A stretch of DNA of 42,827 nucleotides from assembly GCA_045605805.1 (NCBI GenBank), contig JAZUQR010000012.1:1-42827 (forward strand). Direction: 5' to 3'. Below are positions 42,449 to 42,827 of the stretch, piece by piece; positions within the stretch are counted from its first letter, which is position 1, and each line of letters begins with the position of its first letter. The DNA is from Alphaproteobacteria bacterium (lineage in GTDB: Bacteria; Pseudomonadota; Alphaproteobacteria; CAAHEQ01; UBA3637). The notes under the pieces are model-generated. The model worked only from the letters and a program-made list of their open reading frames with translations. It was not told where the DNA came from and did no database searches. The position numbers were made by a program, and so were the translations under genes.

Positions 42449-42827
42449 CTTTGTGTTGGATAATGCTATAAATGCGTATGAACATACAGCGGATTCGGCA
42501 CTTGATAGATGCACTCTTGATTTTTTAAAAGAATTGAGAAAATACAGAAAAGCCGAGGATGAAGGGTTGCTGTTAAGACCAAAATGCAGACTTGGGGATA
42601 TTGTATATGCGTTATGGAGTGTTCCAACGGAATCAAAGTATGTGATATATCCGGCAGAAGTAAAAGAAATCAATTTATCTTCTACCAATGCACAAAAGAT
42701 GCTTATGTATAAACTTGAACCTATTGCTTTTCGTGGCAGATATAACAAGTATTATGATGATGATTTTGGGAAGTTGGTGTTTATGACGGAAGAAGCAGCA
42801 GAGCAGGCATTGAAGCAGATGGGAGAG
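42423..42827 (+). CDS. Hypothetical phage protein spanning the circular junction (stop TGA at 29-31)
   Basis: MERLT...EDEGLLLRPKCRLGDIVY...FGKLVFMTEEAAEQALKQMGE; the frame is closed by TGA at 29-31 once the ends are joined. Confidence 0.75.
   Translation, partial: MERLTARNNFVLDNAINAYEHTADSALDRCTLDFLKELRKYRKAEDEGLLLRPKCRLGDIVYALWSVPTESKYVIYPAEVKEINLSSTNAQKMLMYKLEPIAFRGRYNKYYDDDFGKLVFMTEEAAEQALKQMGE
42800..42827. repeat. Terminal direct repeat, copy 2
   Basis: Identical to 1-28. Confidence 0.95.

Overview
This window is an apparently complete, circularly permuted temperate siphophage genome of about 42.8 kb. A 28-bp overlap joins the two ends, and one ORF reads across the junction. Gene content (Spo0A effector domain, Gram-positive SOS box, SPP1-type portal, Amidase_2 lysin) points to a spore-forming Clostridia-like host; this is inference. 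Gene order: late-early accessory genes; ArpU-type late activator and late promoter; ABC-ATPase/GNAT fusion; terminase; portal; MuF protein with a toxin-like extension; a holin/endolysin pair displaced into the head module; capsid, neck and tail tube; tail tip genes; morons; Spo0A-CTD; serine integrase; repressor/cro switch; radical SAM plus two C5-methyltransferases; recombination and replication genes. The most striking feature is that one head/neck/tube set is followed by TWO different tape measure proteins and TWO complete, non-homologous tail-tip modules in a nested layout (TMP-A, [TMP-B, Dit-B, Tal-B, baseplate/RBP-B], Dit-A, Tal-A, fibre-A), with no invertase or reverse transcriptase. 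This suggests one genome building two kinds of virion. Other notable items are a twister ribozyme in the early lytic transcript, an SOS-boxed 33-aa candidate antirepressor, Spo0A boxes beside the integrase and the Spo0A-CTD gene, and a MuF toxin-like cassette bracketed by duplicated terminators. All product calls come from motif recognition by eye, not database searches.
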